61,144 bases of DNA, filler included, from Basidioascus undulatus (GCA_000826855.1; 8 parts of 8 records of this genome joined end to end with filler, not necessarily neighbours in it), one strand, 5' to 3'. Numbered from the whole stretch's first letter, positions 29,088 through 41,888 are shown. Numbers and translations: made by a program. Notes: generated from the letters alone by a model not told the origin.

Positions 29088-29630
29088 ATGCACGCCCTCC
29101 TCGCCCGCTCTTACCGCCCGGCGACCCACATCTCTCCTGGCATCGTCCGCGCCTTCTCCACGACCTCGCCCAAGCTCAACACGATCCCCTTCCACATCAT
29201 CTCCACGGGGACGGGTGTCACATCCACCACCACCTCGCCCTCCACGCCTCACACGATCCCGGCGGACGCGTACCCCGCCTTCGGCGGCTCGGCCTCGGCG
29301 CCCACGCCGCTGCATTACTCCCTCGCGTCGCTCTCAACCTGCACGCAAGTCACCGGCTCCCTCGTCGCGAAGGACCTGGGGCTCGCCCTGGGCGAGTGGA
29401 AGGTCTCCGTCGACGCGGAGCTCGATCCGGCCGTGCTGGTCCAGGCGCAGGAGGGGAACGCGAACTGGAAGAGCATCGCGCTGAGGGTCGAGGTGGAGAC
29501 GGAAAAGGGCGGTGAGGTGTTTGAGCGATTTAGGGACGAGACGGAGAGGCGCTGCCCGATTAGCCAGCTGTTTGTGCGGAGCGGGGTGCAGTGGAGGAAC
29601 GAGTGGGTCAGGAGGGAGCTGAAGGCGTAG
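29088..29630 (+). CDS. OsmC/Ohr-family peroxidase-like protein with a probable mitochondrial presequence, intronless
   Basis: 180-aa clean ORF with GGSASAPTPLHYSLASLSTC and TERRCPIS, the two Cys contexts of OsmC-like proteins. The N-terminus is Arg/Ser-rich, lacks acidic residues and ends in RAFSTTS. TATAAA at about 28967. Confidence 0.88.
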   Translation: MHALLARSYRPATHISPGIVRAFSTTSPKLNTIPFHIISTGTGVTSTTTSPSTPHTIPADAYPAFGGSASAPTPLHYSLASLSTCTQVTGSLVAKDLGLALGEWKVSVDAELDPAVLVQAQEGNANWKSIALRVEVETEKGGEVFERFRDETERRCPISQLFVRSGVQWRNEWVRRELKA

Positions 29631-30649
29631 AGGGAGAGGGGGCAGAACGAGCGCAGAATGGATTTTTGAAAGTGCCGATTCGGGCGCACAGCCCATAGCG
29701 TGTCGTTATGAGGATGGCTAGAAAGGTACTTGCGCTTGACCAGAAAAATTTGCATAGATGACATTGCTCCTGAAGAATGCGAACTTGGCGCGTGTGGCAA
29801 GGCAATTAGACCTTCAGACGGATCGCCTTGACTAAATTTGAAATGTATATGTCAGCGCTGCATGCAGTCTAATCAAGAGCAACGACTGCGATCGAATCGA
29901 GGGAATGAAAGCAGTGTGGTACGCCTGCGGCGGTGTGATGTGAATGTGAAGGTACGGTGCAACGCGGGTGAGCGGGTTTCGGCGCGAACGTGAGACTCGG
30001 CTGGCGCGAGCGATGATGCGCTTGTAATTGTTATAGACGGAGATCAAGCCGCCTGACAGCGCAAGAGGATGTTGAGCGAACCGGGTGAGTGAACGTTTCC
30101 GCGAAAGTGAGACGCGAATGCGATTTTGCGAGCGCGAGTGTGATCTCGAACGCCCGTGAGCACCAGCGAAGCTCCGCACGAAAGCGCGGATCGAGGCCGT
30201 GAACCCCAGCCACTCGAACCCATTGCCGGTCCAGCTCCAGACGCCCTGCCCAGCGAGCCGCACGCCATGCGCCAGCCGCCGTCCCAGCGAACCCATCTAA
30301 TGCGCGGCGCAAATGCGGGGGTCATGAGCTCGTCAATTGAATGCGTGGGCAATGAAGAACATCAAGTGATTTGAGCAGGAAAAAAAGAAATGGGAATTGG
30401 AATGGTAATAAGATGCCCCCCGTATGCGATGCACGAGCCTGGGAAGGAAGCGCAGGGGAGGGGATTATAATACAGCGGCGGAAGGAGGTGAGGGGGGGGT
30501 AGGGGAGAGAAGAGCAACTATAGGAAGCGTCAGAGCACTCCTGACCGGCNNNNNNNNNNNNNNNNNNNNNNNNNNNNNNNNNNNNNNNNNNNNTTAATTA
30601 ATTAANNNNNNNNNNNNNNNNNNNNNNNNNNNNNNNNNNNNNNNNNNNN

Positions 30650-31144
30650 CGCCGGCGGGGCGGGGGGCTCCTGCGAGGTCGAACGCCGGGGGGAGCGGGT
30701 CGGGTCGAGGATCATCGCGGTGTCGGAGGTGGAGGAGTGGGAGCCTGAGCGCGCAGAGGTTGGCGGGCGGCGGAAGGCGGTGAAGGCGGGCTGCGCAGGA
30801 GGGGGAGGGGGGGACGCTGTCGGGGAGGGCGCGGCGATGGACTCGGAGAGTAGGGAGGCGCGACGCGGCCAGAGCGCTGAGGGCGAGGGGTGCGGGGACG
30901 GTTGAGAGGAGGGGTGCAAGGTGGGGGCGGGGGCGCCGAGGTTGAAGGCGGTGAAGGAGGAGGGGAAGCGCGGGACGGGCGCCTGGGATTGCGATTGCGG
31001 TTGGGATTGCGGGTGCGGGTGCATGGTGCTTGATGTTGGTGTGGGCGTGGATGTTGAGCCGGAGGGTGCAGCAGGAAACGACGTGGAGGATGTGGATGCT
31101 GCCGCAGACGGGGGAGGCGCGTATGGCGGGCGTTGCCAGTCCAT
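30650..31144 (-). CDS. 5' part of a Pro/Ser-rich hypothetical protein, cut off by the contig edge
   Basis: Open frame MDWQRPPYAPPPSAAAST...WPRRASLLSESIAAP... runs to the contig end with coding-type codon bias. Divergent from the gene at 31609. Confidence 0.55.
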
Positions 31145-31608
31145 CCGCGAAATCCGATGCCGATGCGGGTAGAATGCGGAAAGTGCAAAAGCTAGAGTGT
31201 AGAGAAGGGAAATAAAGCGTGGATGAGGAGAAGGCAGTGGGACGGAAACAGGGAGGCGGAGCAGGCACTGGACTCGCACTAGCACCAGCACCAGCCTCGG
31301 CCTGGCTCGACAAGCTGTAAGGGCAAATCACCCATTAAACTGAACCATTCCCCCACACATACGATTGTAACTCCACCGAAATGGCAGCAATCGCGTCCGG
31401 ATCTTGCTCATTTCCATTTGACACGCACGTGCAGCGACAGGCAACAAGGAACTCAGGAGTCGCGAAAGTGCTTTCCCCTTCGCCTTCGTCTTGCACTCTC
31501 ATCGACTCCTCCCTAGCTCCTCCTCGGGGCATAGTCCCCTACTAACGAACGATTTACGATCCTGCTCACGACCTTCTTACGACTCACCGATATCTACGAC
31601 GACCCCCG

Positions 31609-33301
31609 ATGTACGCTTACGACCGCGCGCAGCTCGACGACCCCGAGCATGCACACCTCGCCCCTCTCCAACCGCACCACCGACAAGAGACCTCGCTCGA
31701 GTCGTACGACTTGGGCGAGTACAGGCACGACAGCGCGGTATCCCATACGCATACCCATACCCAAGCGCTTCCCAGTCCACCATTGCTCGAACACGCATAC
31801 TACCCCTCCCCGCCCTCGCGCACCCACGCACACTTCTCCGCCTCCGCCCTCCCCACACGCTACTCTCCCTCTCCTCCGCCTTCCACTACACACACCTTCT
31901 CCTCCGTCCCCTCAAGCCACTTTCTCCCCACCCTCTCCCGCACCCAAACCCAGCCGCCCTCGCCGCTCTCGCCCGCATACGACCTCCCCTCCTCACCCGC
32001 GTACTTCTCGCCCTCCCACAAGCCCAAGCACTCGCCCTCCTCTGTGGCAGAAGCCGATCTACAGAAGCACCAAGTGTGGTCCCCCGCGTGGCGCGGCGGG
32101 GAAATCGACGAGCGTGGGTACGCCGTCACGGACTACACGCCGCCCACCGCGTCCCGCTCGTCAGGGACGTTTGCGAACTGGCGAAGGGAGGGCGACTCGG
32201 CGAGGGATGCGAGTGCGGACGTGGAGGCGGTTCTGAAAAGGGATCGGATGGAGGCGCTCGAGAAGGAGTTTGGGGGCGAGGAGGAGAAGAGGAGGGACGA
32301 GGACGAGGACGAGGAGAGCGAGCGGCTTGTAGTGGGTGCGGTGGACCCCAGCGGGCGGATCGTCAGTAGCGGACCGAAGAAGCGGCTCGCTTTGAAGGTG
32401 CGTGGTTCACTTTGACTATGCTGTTCTTCCCTCATGCCTCCGTTCCTAATCAGCTTTCATCGCACAGTGGTTCCAAGCCCTCCTCGCCCTCCTCTGCCTA
32501 GGCCTCTCCATAGCCGGCGCGCTCTTCTTCAAGCCCTCCTCCCCGCCTGCTGGCCTCCTCCCGCGCCTCTACATCCTCGCCGTCCTCTCCGCGCTCTACT
32601 CCGTCTTCCTGCTCTACTTCCACGCGCTCCGCAGGTGCTGCTGCTCCGGGCGCAGGGACAAGCGCGTGGCTGGCCCGGCCCACGCGGGGATGGCGGCGCT
32701 CGCGCTGCCCATCCACCAGGGCGGCGGGGGGGGGAAGAAGGGGAAGCGCGGCAAGTGGGGGAAAAAGGGCGCTTTCGGAGGACAGGGCGACGTTCATGTG
32801 AACCTCATCGTCGACCCGGCGATGTTCGGCGACGGACGCCAGCGTACTTCCGACGACGACGAGGAGGGGGGCGGGGGCAGGCATCGCCCCGGCGGTGTCC
32901 TTGCTGGCCTCGCGGACGAGCAGCGCTGGCGTGCCGCGCGGCGCGAGCTGCGCCTTGCCCTCGCGCAGGATGCCGTATGGGCACTGCTGTGGATCGCGGC
33001 GGTCGTGTTCACGCTCATTGTCGCGTCGAGCTGCGCCCCGGGGGGGTTCGAGGGGTTGTGCGTCTTCTTCGTTCTCCGCCTTCCAAAAAAATAGCGAACG
33101 CGGGCTGACTGACGGGTGTGATGTGGGGTTGTCGGATGGGATGGCAGCTGCGAAGCCGTCAACTCCGCGCGCGCATGCGCGATCGCGATCGCGCTCGCCG
33201 CGTGCCTCGGCGTGTTTTTTACCGCGCGCGACCTCCGCGCGAGCAGGGCGCCTGTTCGCCCTGGGGGCAGGGCGGGGAGGGCGGGGGGTGTGCCGTGGTA
33301 G
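31609..33301 (+). CDS. Hypothetical membrane protein with about 4 TM segments (3 exons)
   Basis: Exons joined at GTGCGT...CAG introns give a disordered N-terminus, MEALEKEFG, a TM pair, KKGKRGKWGKKG...DVHVNLIVDPAMFG, a second TM pair with CAPGGFEGFCEAVN, and TAG at 33299-33301. Confidence 0.75.
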
Positions 33302-33569
33302 GGTGAACCTCCGCACCGCTCCCCCGTACCAGCCTGCCTTCCAAGGGCCCCACTTCTCACTCCGCCCGTCATCTGGCCGTGGCGGATCGAGCATGCTGTG
33401 CGCGCACACAGCCTCCTCCCGCTGTCTCTCCCTCTCACACCCGGAACCGCTTGCTGCTTGCTTTCGCCTATCCTCGTTCCCTTCTCGTTCCCGTTCTGCC
33501 CTTTGCACTTATTCATACCCGTAACGACTTCCTCTTGCTTTCCTCCCGAGTTGCTCTCATATCCGTGCT

Positions 33570-33625
33570 CGTTCTCATCCTCGTTCTCGTTCTCGTTCTC
33601 GTTCTCGTTCTCGTTCTCGTTCTCG
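33570..33625 (+). repeat. (TCTCGT)n hexamer microsatellite
   Basis: Tandem TTCTCG/TCTCGT units read directly. Confidence 0.9.
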
Positions 33626-35019
33626 TTGCTCGCTTCTCAAGTATCACCGCACTGTACTTAATGTATGCACCCTCCCCGGGGGAGTTGTTTCAAAAGGGCG
33701 TGCGGGTGGGGCGAAGAGAGCATGCAGGGAAAGATTAAGGGCACTGATGTGTGCGAGTGGAACTTCGAGCAGCTTTCACAAACGCCGTTGTGCATGTGCA
33801 CGCTCGCATTTCCTGTTCGCTCCAGCAGGTTGCCTGCGATGATGTCTGAGGCCTTCCCTTTTGAGCGGCCACTACTGTGGAATATACAACTTTCTGCGTA
33901 CGGTATCGTGGAAGACTAACTGCGTATGTTCCGAGCCGATGTCGGTTCGAAAGTAACATGCATGCAGTAGGTTCGCGGTCGTACTGCACTGGGTCGGTTT
34001 GGGCAAGGCTTGGAGGGAGCCGTCCTGTCGTTCTTGAAGTTTTTGGGGAACTGGAGTGCTAGGAGAATAACCGGCTGGGACGTGCTCACATCTGACTACT
34101 GCCGATGAACAGGGAAGACAATGACCCAAGTAGTCGAGTCCCTCCCATGGCCTGGCCCGCCCGGGGGTCATGTCGGAAGCTAGCTTCTGTCCCGGACACG
34201 ACTCGCTCTACGATCCATCTCCGGCTCAAGAATATAGCTGCCTGATCCTCGTCCACGTTGACCCTGAGCTTTGTGCACCATGTACAGTCATACCGCCACC
34301 TGTACCGCTGCCCTCCTCAGCGCGCTCAGGGTCCGGTGGTGGCTGCGCCCGCTCCCCGATGTGAGCCCGCATCGTGGTAGCAGACGCTACCGATCTGTTC
34401 GACCATGAAGCTCGTGCTCCTCTGTTTTCCAACGCAGTCATAGCTGCAATGGCAGGTCCGCCCTCGGGCGCGGCGCCCCTGCAAAGCCCCGGTGGCGGGC
34501 TGCTGCAGCCGAGGGGAGCTGCCGGGCGTCGGGCTGCTGGTAGATTGTGTTCATTGAATTGAGTCGGGTTGTGTCTTCAAGCCTTGAAACATGCTGGGGT
34601 CCATTATGCACCGAGATCGGCGAGACTGGCCAGCGAGGGTGCAAGCTGAGCTGCAGGCACTGGGCGCCGCTACAGAAGAATCAGTGTTGGTCCTCGCCGA
34701 ATCTTTTCAAGAACGTCTCCACTGCGGTTATTTCGCTGGGACAAGAGCCAGGCCTTGAAACGACCAATATGACTAAGACCCATGCGAAATTCTTTCATGA
34801 TAAAGGAAGAGGAAGGACGGCCCAGAACCCGTGCGGGGAGAAGGGGGGACGGAGAGGCCAAGCAGTGGAGCAACTGCGGCCGACTAGAAGGAGTACTTCA
34901 GAGCGTCATATGATAGTCATTTTCTAGGGAGTGGAAGCATAGAAGCACCTTGTTTAGTTGTTCTTGTACAAGCGCAACCAGACGTGTTTGCGCCGCTTCG
35001 CAATGTGCTCAGGTTGGAC

Positions 35020-35470
35020 GTCTTTATGTCGATCTTGAGGCCGGGCCACCCGTCCGTCGCGCCCATCTTGCTGGCAAAGTACATGGTGTAGCTTGAAAAT
35101 GAACAATAGAGCGGGGTGCATGATTCAGCGGAAATATAAGGGAGGGCATCACACTTGGACTCACGCTTCCTGCCCATCGCTCAGCGTCTTCAACCTGTCG
35201 AAAACGATCCAGGTCGCGGGAGACTTGTCCGAGGGATCCCCGTCGGTCGACAGTGAGACATCGTCGTTGCAACGGAGAAGCTTTCCAGTTAAACTGTTAA
35301 GGAAGCAAGGCTATGTCAGGACTCCCTGATGGAATGAAGAAGAAGAATATGGGGACGCACATCTGGTCGCCGACGGCCAGCGGTTGGGCATCTTGGACGT
35401 TGGGGACAGGCGACTGGGCGAAGACTGCGCCGACGAAGAGGGCGAGGGAGGTGATAACGTCCATGCGCAT
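35020..35470 (-). CDS. Secreted hypothetical protein, 5' exons only (3' end unresolved, possibly degenerate)
   Basis: Signal peptide MRMDVITSLALFVGAVFAQ then SPVPNVQDAQPLAVGDQ and a GTGCGT donor. Further exons LLRCNDDVSLSTDGDPSDKSPATWIVFDRLK and YTMYFASKMGATDGWPGLKIDIK. Confidence 0.55.
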
Positions 35471-36080
35471 AGTGAATGCGGCTCAGTTGAGGAGAAGAGG
35501 GATAGGAGTCAAGACAACCGTGATCCTGGAGCGCGACACATTTCAAGGACATGGCTATCGTTGCGAGGGTGCTCTTCTCGTAAACAACTCTACCCTGTAG
35601 AGTATCAATATTTGGATAAATGAGAGACAGATTTCAGCTGAAACGACGTCTTCTGAGGGTATCATGCAGCAAGCATTCTGGCGCTCGGACCTGCTTTTGA
35701 GCGTGAGCGCGGCCGGACTGCAAAGGGTACAGTCGGGCATTCCATCATACCTTTTATGGTGCGGTGGTACCCATGCGGACCTGTGAGCACTCTTTGGCAG
35801 GCAGAAGCTCGTCCAAATGAGTTGCCGACCTGGCGGATATAGCCCAAGCCCTTCACGCTCGCGCTCACCGGCTATCACATGGACCGCTCAATTTCGTAGA
35901 TACTTTGGAGGCCTATACTCTTTATTAGGAACGCATATAGTCCATGATTTTTAGCAGCTTTCGGCGCTTCAGACAAGTTACAGGCTCACGACGTGCTCAA
36001 GACCCAGCAAGACTCGACAATCTTCGACTCGCTTCAGCTCGTATTCCCATCATCGTTGGACTAGTCACCACACATCCACT

Positions 36081-36699
36081 ATGCACATTCCTGCTCTCAC
36101 CTCCCTCGCCGGCTGCGCCATCACCCTTCCGTATCACGCTCGCGCAGCCATCCCCAAAGTCGTCGTTGCTCAGCCCTTGGCCGTCGGCGACGAGGTTGTC
36201 CTGGTCGTCACGAAGGAAGAGTCGGGTGTTCTCCGCGACCGGGGGCGTTGTAGAGAAGAGTAGCCTGTACAAGCTGGCGCCGTACCTCGCTGTCGGCGAG
36301 TGCCAGGACAAGGCGCAGTTCGCAGTCGTTCAGGCAGACGAGGGTGGGGTCAGGCTCTAAGTCGGTGTAAGTCGCTCATGGCATCTTTTTGACTTGCTTG
36401 AACCACTTCGCTAAATTTCACCGAAAACGCTTTCGTATCCACAGTTCTCGCGGGGCGCTCATCCACCGCGGCAGAAGTGGGTCATCGTGAACGAGACCGC
36501 GGACGACATGACTAGCGTGACGTAGCTCAACTTCTACAAGCACAACAACCCCACGGGCGAGTTTGACGATTACGGAATCCCCTTTGATGACTAGCCAGAG
36601 ACGGAGGGCGGCGTGTATGTCCACAAGTGGGGCGATCTCAGCGTCGTCAAGCAGGAGGGCAAGGGTTCCTTGGCTCACTTCCGCATTCTCAAGCAATGA
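36081..36699 (+). pseudogene. Secreted-protein pseudogene, probably paralogous to the divergent gene at 35470
   Basis: MHIPALTSLAGCAITL...AQPLAVGDEVVLVV, a frameshift near 36220-36240, and exon 2 with in-frame TAG at 36523 and 36592 in otherwise codon-biased sequence. TGA at 36697-36699. Confidence 0.6.
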
Positions 36700-37934
36700 T
36701 GTACGTCTGCTCTGGTTGTCTCTTCCGAGAATTACACTGACATGCCTCATCCTACACAAGGTCCCATACTCCGGTCGGCCGCGATTCCCTCAGTGCACTC
36801 TGTCTTTCCCATCATTTATCACTAGTACTGCCCGCAAAAACCACAGCTGGCATACTGAGAGTTAAGCATGCATGCATGTGTCAACGCGTGTTTATGTAAG
36901 GACGGGAAATATCTACACATGAGTCGGGCCAACGCTTATGCCCGCCTGACACGAACTCAGCCTCATTGAGGTCCACGCTCGTTCGGGAGAACTGCCTGCG
37001 GAAAACGGTAAATCTACTGCTAAGGAGTGACACCGGAACTGGGCGCCCAAACTTGGCCGGGTTTACCAACCATGCTGGGACTGGGAGGGAGAACATCGCC
37101 ACCAAAGAATTGATAACGGCGACATGCAGTTGCGATGGGACGGGCTGTTGCTCGGCACTTCTCCGGGCGTGTTCTAGAGGCCCTTTAAGAAATCATTCCT
37201 GAATGTTGACATACAGCACCACGGACTTCTTGTGGAGCTGAACCTACCTATGTACTCTGGACTTGCATGAATTGCAATTGCAACGCTCACTGCTCACTGT
37301 CCCCCAAGTTCGCATCAGCTATAGACCTGAAAGATGCAAGTCGTGCATCCTTGCCCCTCAGATTCCATTCCGAGATGTCGCTAGGGTTTTGTGATGAACT
37401 GGGACAGGGCCTTGCCATTTGTCAATGAGCAGCATGCATGTGGTCGTGGCCCGTCAAAGTTGGGGAAGAAGTGACCGCCGCTTTGTCCCTTCTCCCGTCT
37501 TTGGGTTGTGTCAGGCGCGGGGAGACCATTATAGGCATAAAAAATATGTGGCTTCTAGAAGCCATTTCGTATGGGCACACAATAAGATTGAGTATGGACG
37601 GTGGACGCTATGTGCGTCTCGTCTGCTAGCAGCGCACATAAGATGTGGCAAAGACGCTCGCGTGCGTGCACAAGTCACGTGGTCGGAATCCTCTACACGT
37701 TTTGGTTGCGGTCTGTGCATAGCCACAATCCGGGAGTCTCAGCAGCAGGTTGATGCACGTCGAGAGCGAAGACCAGTCCACGTTGTCCCAACTCTGATGC
37801 CTTCGGCCGTTGACCAGTTGCCTTGCACCGCAGCTTCTAGCACCTGCAGTCGACAATTTTGTTCACCATATTCTCAATCGCACATGTCTATTGTGGTGCA
37901 CTCAGTTCGCCAAGTCCCGCGCTGCTGTCTGCCT

Positions 37935-38155
37935 GCCTTCCTTGCCGCCGTGTCGCTGCCGCTGTCCATCTATAATACCGGCGGACTTCTGGTAGACAAC
38001 GCTTGGCAAGGCGCAGTGGAAGGTCGCCAATCATTTCTGAGCTATTAAAGCTCGGTTCCCATCCCTGAACCACACAGGACAAGTCCAAGAAGGCGGGTCT
38101 CATCCTGTCGGACGTTCTGCAGCAGCGCGTACACGGCAATCGCCCGCTCACCCTC
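37935..38155 (+). CDS. Fragment of a DUF726/TMCO4-like alpha/beta-hydrolase-fold protein (partial, possibly a pseudogene)
   Basis: AFLAAVSLPLSIYNTGGLLVDNAWQGA|DKSKKAGLILSDVLQQRVHGNRPLTL resembles the DUF726 'DN.W..A.D.A.KAG..LA..L..R.QG.RPVTL' signature. Upstream exons are not recognisable. Confidence 0.7.
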
Positions 38156-38312
38156 GTACGACCTCCGCTCGCCTTCTACAACTAAGCTCCCTCTGACCCA
38201 TTNNNNNNNNNNNNNNNNNNNNNNNNNNNNNNNNNNNNNNNNNNNNTTAATTAATTAANNNNNNNNNNNNNNNNNNNNNNNNNNNNNNNNNNNNNNNNNN
38301 NNGCAACCCACC

Positions 38313-38870
38313 ATGACCGCTGCGCTCCCGACCCCCCCGCCCGAGACGCTCCCCGATGCGCCCATGTCTATCCCCTCTGCGTCCTCCCCCGCTCGCGCTT
38401 CCACCCCCTCCTCCGCTGCCCCGGTTCCCATGGACACCTCCCCAACGGGGCCCGCCAGCGTCACGAGCCCGACGACGAGCGCGACCGCCCCGCCCAAGCC
38501 TCAACCCGACCGTGCTTCCTCTCCGCCCAGCGACGAGGTCTCGATTAAGCGCTATAGCCAGTCGATGCACGACTTTATACTCGCTGGGTGAGTGACCGGC
38601 GGGTAGAATATATTGTCTTTCTGGCCAGAGAGATGGACGGCCGCTCACGAGGTGGCGTGTTGGGGGGGGGGAGGGTAGCTGGAGGGAGGCGAACGAGGCG
38701 CTGAAGAGGAAGGTGCGCTTATTGCTGTCTGACTCCTGATGGCTGTAGAAGTATACTCACTCCACTTTCTTGATTGATATTAGGCGGAGGCGGACGGGTT
38801 AACGCTGGAGGCGGCGAAGAGGGACGCAGAGGGGAAGGTGCACGCTGCCGGTCCAGCTCGTGTGGCATAA
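38313..38870 (+). CDS. Small hypothetical protein, 'YSxxMHDF' family copy 1 (3 exons)
   Basis: ...SIKRYSQSMHDFILAG|WREANEALKRK|AEADGLTLEAAKRDAEGKVHAAGPARVA* with GT-AG introns. The start may lie beyond the contig edge. Confidence 0.7.
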
Positions 38871-40288
38871 CCGCCCTCGCCGGTCCCTCCTTCCCTATTG
38901 GTACGCACATAATTGTTAATTATTAATACTTCTCGTGGGTCGGGAACCCGCCTCCATCTTTCCAGCGAGCGGCGCTTCTGACTCGTACGGGGGCCAATCC
39001 TTCCCCATGCAACACCAGACGAACAACTCCATCTCCGTCTTTCTCTCGTATACGTTGGGACTTTGGTAGCCTCTTGCCGCGAGGGGTATTGATCGGAAAA
39101 GTGCGCTAGACGCACGCTTGAGCTGATACCGCATCGTTATACCGCATTTGTACTTCATGAACATTACCTCTGATTCCATGCATGACCGCACGACCTCTCC
39201 ACCAAGCGCCCACAGGCCTGCGAATGATCAAGATGTCTTTACATATTGGAAGTGTGGGGGTTCTGACAAGATCTATCTTAATCTGATGAGCGATTCGTAG
39301 TGTGTCGAACGACCAAGCGTGTGGGGCATCGACATCCAGCTCCCCGGCGTGAGCGCGTAAGCCCGCCATGCCCAGCTACTCGCACCTTTACTAGGGTGCC
39401 TGATATCTGCACAGCCTGGATTACAGCTATTCATTCCAGCGCCTCGGTATAATTCATGCCCCTTTTCGAAGAGCAGAGGGAACAGGAGCGCAATGAGGCG
39501 CTCCACACGCAGCCAACTTGGAGCCACGCACACCGGCCAAGCGACTCCTGAGGAGGGACGCTCTGTTCGCTCTGTCTCGAAGCTCGAAGGCATCCGCATG
39601 GATCAATTATATTCAATCAAAATACTTCTCTGAAATGTATCCTTGAGTGACTGTGTTCACGCCTTTGAGAGGTTCGAATCGGCAACCGTTGCAGTGGTAT
39701 CGCTGTCTGAACATGACGTCAATTCGTCAGAGCGTAACGATAAGGGCAGGAAGGCCCTTCGCTCATCTTTCGCTTGCGGAGCGTGTAATCGTACAATGAA
39801 GGATGATTCCTGAATCATACAGACCAGAAAAGTGCAACATCCGCCAAATGCAAGTCGTGTGATAAGGGCGGAAGAGGGGAACGCGGCCAGCTGTTTGTGC
39901 AGTGCGGATTTCCGCTCGCTCACGAGGAGCGTCTTTCGTCACGTCCGTGCATTTCCATTTCCGACCAGCTCAGTGCAACGGGCCTGTGACGTCCAGCCGT
40001 GCGGCTAATTATCCTAGCAGCACACATACAGCGAAAATTTCTGGCTGGACGATCTGCGGTAAAGTGGCCGAGACAGTAACTCCTGGGGCACATCGTTGTG
40101 CATGACGTTGTCACTGACGACAGGTCTCCATCCTAGTCGCACGCTGGAGACTGCATATGAACTGCACTTTATGTGCGCGACGGTGTACCACACAACCACC
40201 ACCTCGAACTCCCTATCCGCAGAACCGTTCACGTTTCGAAACACTTGCGCATCCACTAGATACTCCCCACACGCGAAACGCCAACTCC

Positions 40289-40703
40289 ATGTCCTCGTCA
40301 AACACAGGCGAATCGCCTTCGAATGGAATCGTGAAACTGTCCGGTCAGTATCTCGCGGACGTTACTGCCCTGGCGACTAGCGGCAGGGTGCTGACGAACA
40401 CAATCCTTCTGCTGGCCACCCATGCAGGCCCCGAGGCGGCGGACAGCGCTCCTTCCTCTGTCCAGGACTACTCCAATCGTATGCATGATTTCCTGAAGTC
40501 CGGGTGAGTGTTTTGTTTAGTGTGACGGGGGGGTTGGCATCAGATGGATGCTGATCGTTTTTGACTTGCATGGACTGAACAGGTGGAAATCGGCTGCGGA
40601 TGGCTTGAAGGAAAAGGCGGAGTCGGAGGGGAGGACGCTGGAGGACATGCAGAAGGAGGCGGAGGAGCGCGTACCAGGATCTTCTGGGCCCTCCGAGCGA
40701 TGA
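40289..40703 (+). CDS. Small hypothetical protein, 'YSxxMHDF' family copy 2 (3 exons)
   Basis: MSSSNTGESPSNGIVKLS|GPEAADSAPSSVQDYSNRMHDFLKSG|WKSAADGLKEKAESEGRTLEDMQKEAEERVPGSSGPSER*. Aligns without gaps to the C-terminus of copy 1. Confidence 0.7.
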
Positions 40704-41888
40704 GCGGCTTGATGCAAGGGATAAACAATGTGCGTACAAACTGAGAAGCGTTTTTTCGACGGTGGGGGCAAACTTTGGGCCGACTCCTGGCGATCTAGCT
40801 CATCATCCTCTTCTGTGCCACCACCCGTCCTGCATCCCTCCGCCTTCCATACCCTCTGCATGAGCCGCTCTCATTCCACCATGTATCACTTCCCCTTTAC
40901 TTCCGCCCCCACTCCCCCCCCTCCCGGTCCAATAGAACAACGCATGCGCGCCCATCAGCCGCATGCCCCACCCCGCGCATTGTAATGATGACATTGACCA
41001 TTCAAACTTGCACACCCCACGCCCATGACTTACGACGCATAATTTGACACCGACCTGAACGCTTGCTACTGGAGCGGATCTATCTCTGCTGCTTCCGAAT
41101 GATTTCCAAACGAAGCGCGTGTATCTCCAGTCTTGGGATGTAACAGGTACACTGGCATCGCCCTCGCGACTGCGTTCGCCCTCGGGTATCAACAAGTACC
41201 ACACATTTCACGCAATAGTGATGGCACACAGAAACCGCGCGCATTCAAGGGGGTTGCTACAGCGTACGGCTGATGTTGTCTACAGGCACACGTAACGAGC
41301 TTCGCGCTTCACATAAGCAGAAGGAAGAACCAATTGAAGAGATGCCTGGATCCTCTGGCTCTCATATTAATCATATTAAATATGTAGACCCAACTTCAGA
41401 GAACGGCAGCCATTTTAGTCAAGCAAGGCAGCCAGAACAAATACTGTTTCCTGAGTGCATGCGCCTGGCAGGCTCAAGTACCGGCACTGCACAGGCTCAC
41501 AAGTCTTGACCCAGGATAAAGAACACTATCCTGCGACCGCCATCCGAAACTCACACTCTCCTATGGACAGGCGTGGGTACGCGAAGTCTGGATTACTCCT
41601 TTCCTGCCGGCAGGTTGAGTGACGCCACCGGTAATCATGGGACTGTGAAGCTTCACAGCTTTCCATACTTCCGCCTGATGCTATTAGAAATGAAGCTGAA
41701 AACAGCACCACGAGGGGTCAAGAAGCTCACACCGAGCGCCGGGGGCTGAGCCAGAACCATCTCGAGCCGTTCGGACGGCCAGCCCTTAACACTCGCTGGC
41801 TGCACAGTCCACTTTGACCACGACCTTCTTCTGTCCACTTCGACCAGAAGCAAACCAACAACTTATCGCTTAACCAGTAGTCTTAAAA

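Noticed and set aside
36520..36595. Two in-frame TAG codons suggesting stop-codon reassignment
   Set aside because: TAG ends intact genes here (OsmC, HSP20, SDR2) and the same gene also has a frameshift, so a pseudogene is the simpler explanation.
39280..39315. CTGATGAG...CGAAC, a possible hammerhead core
   Set aside because: It lacks GAAA and a convincing stem II.
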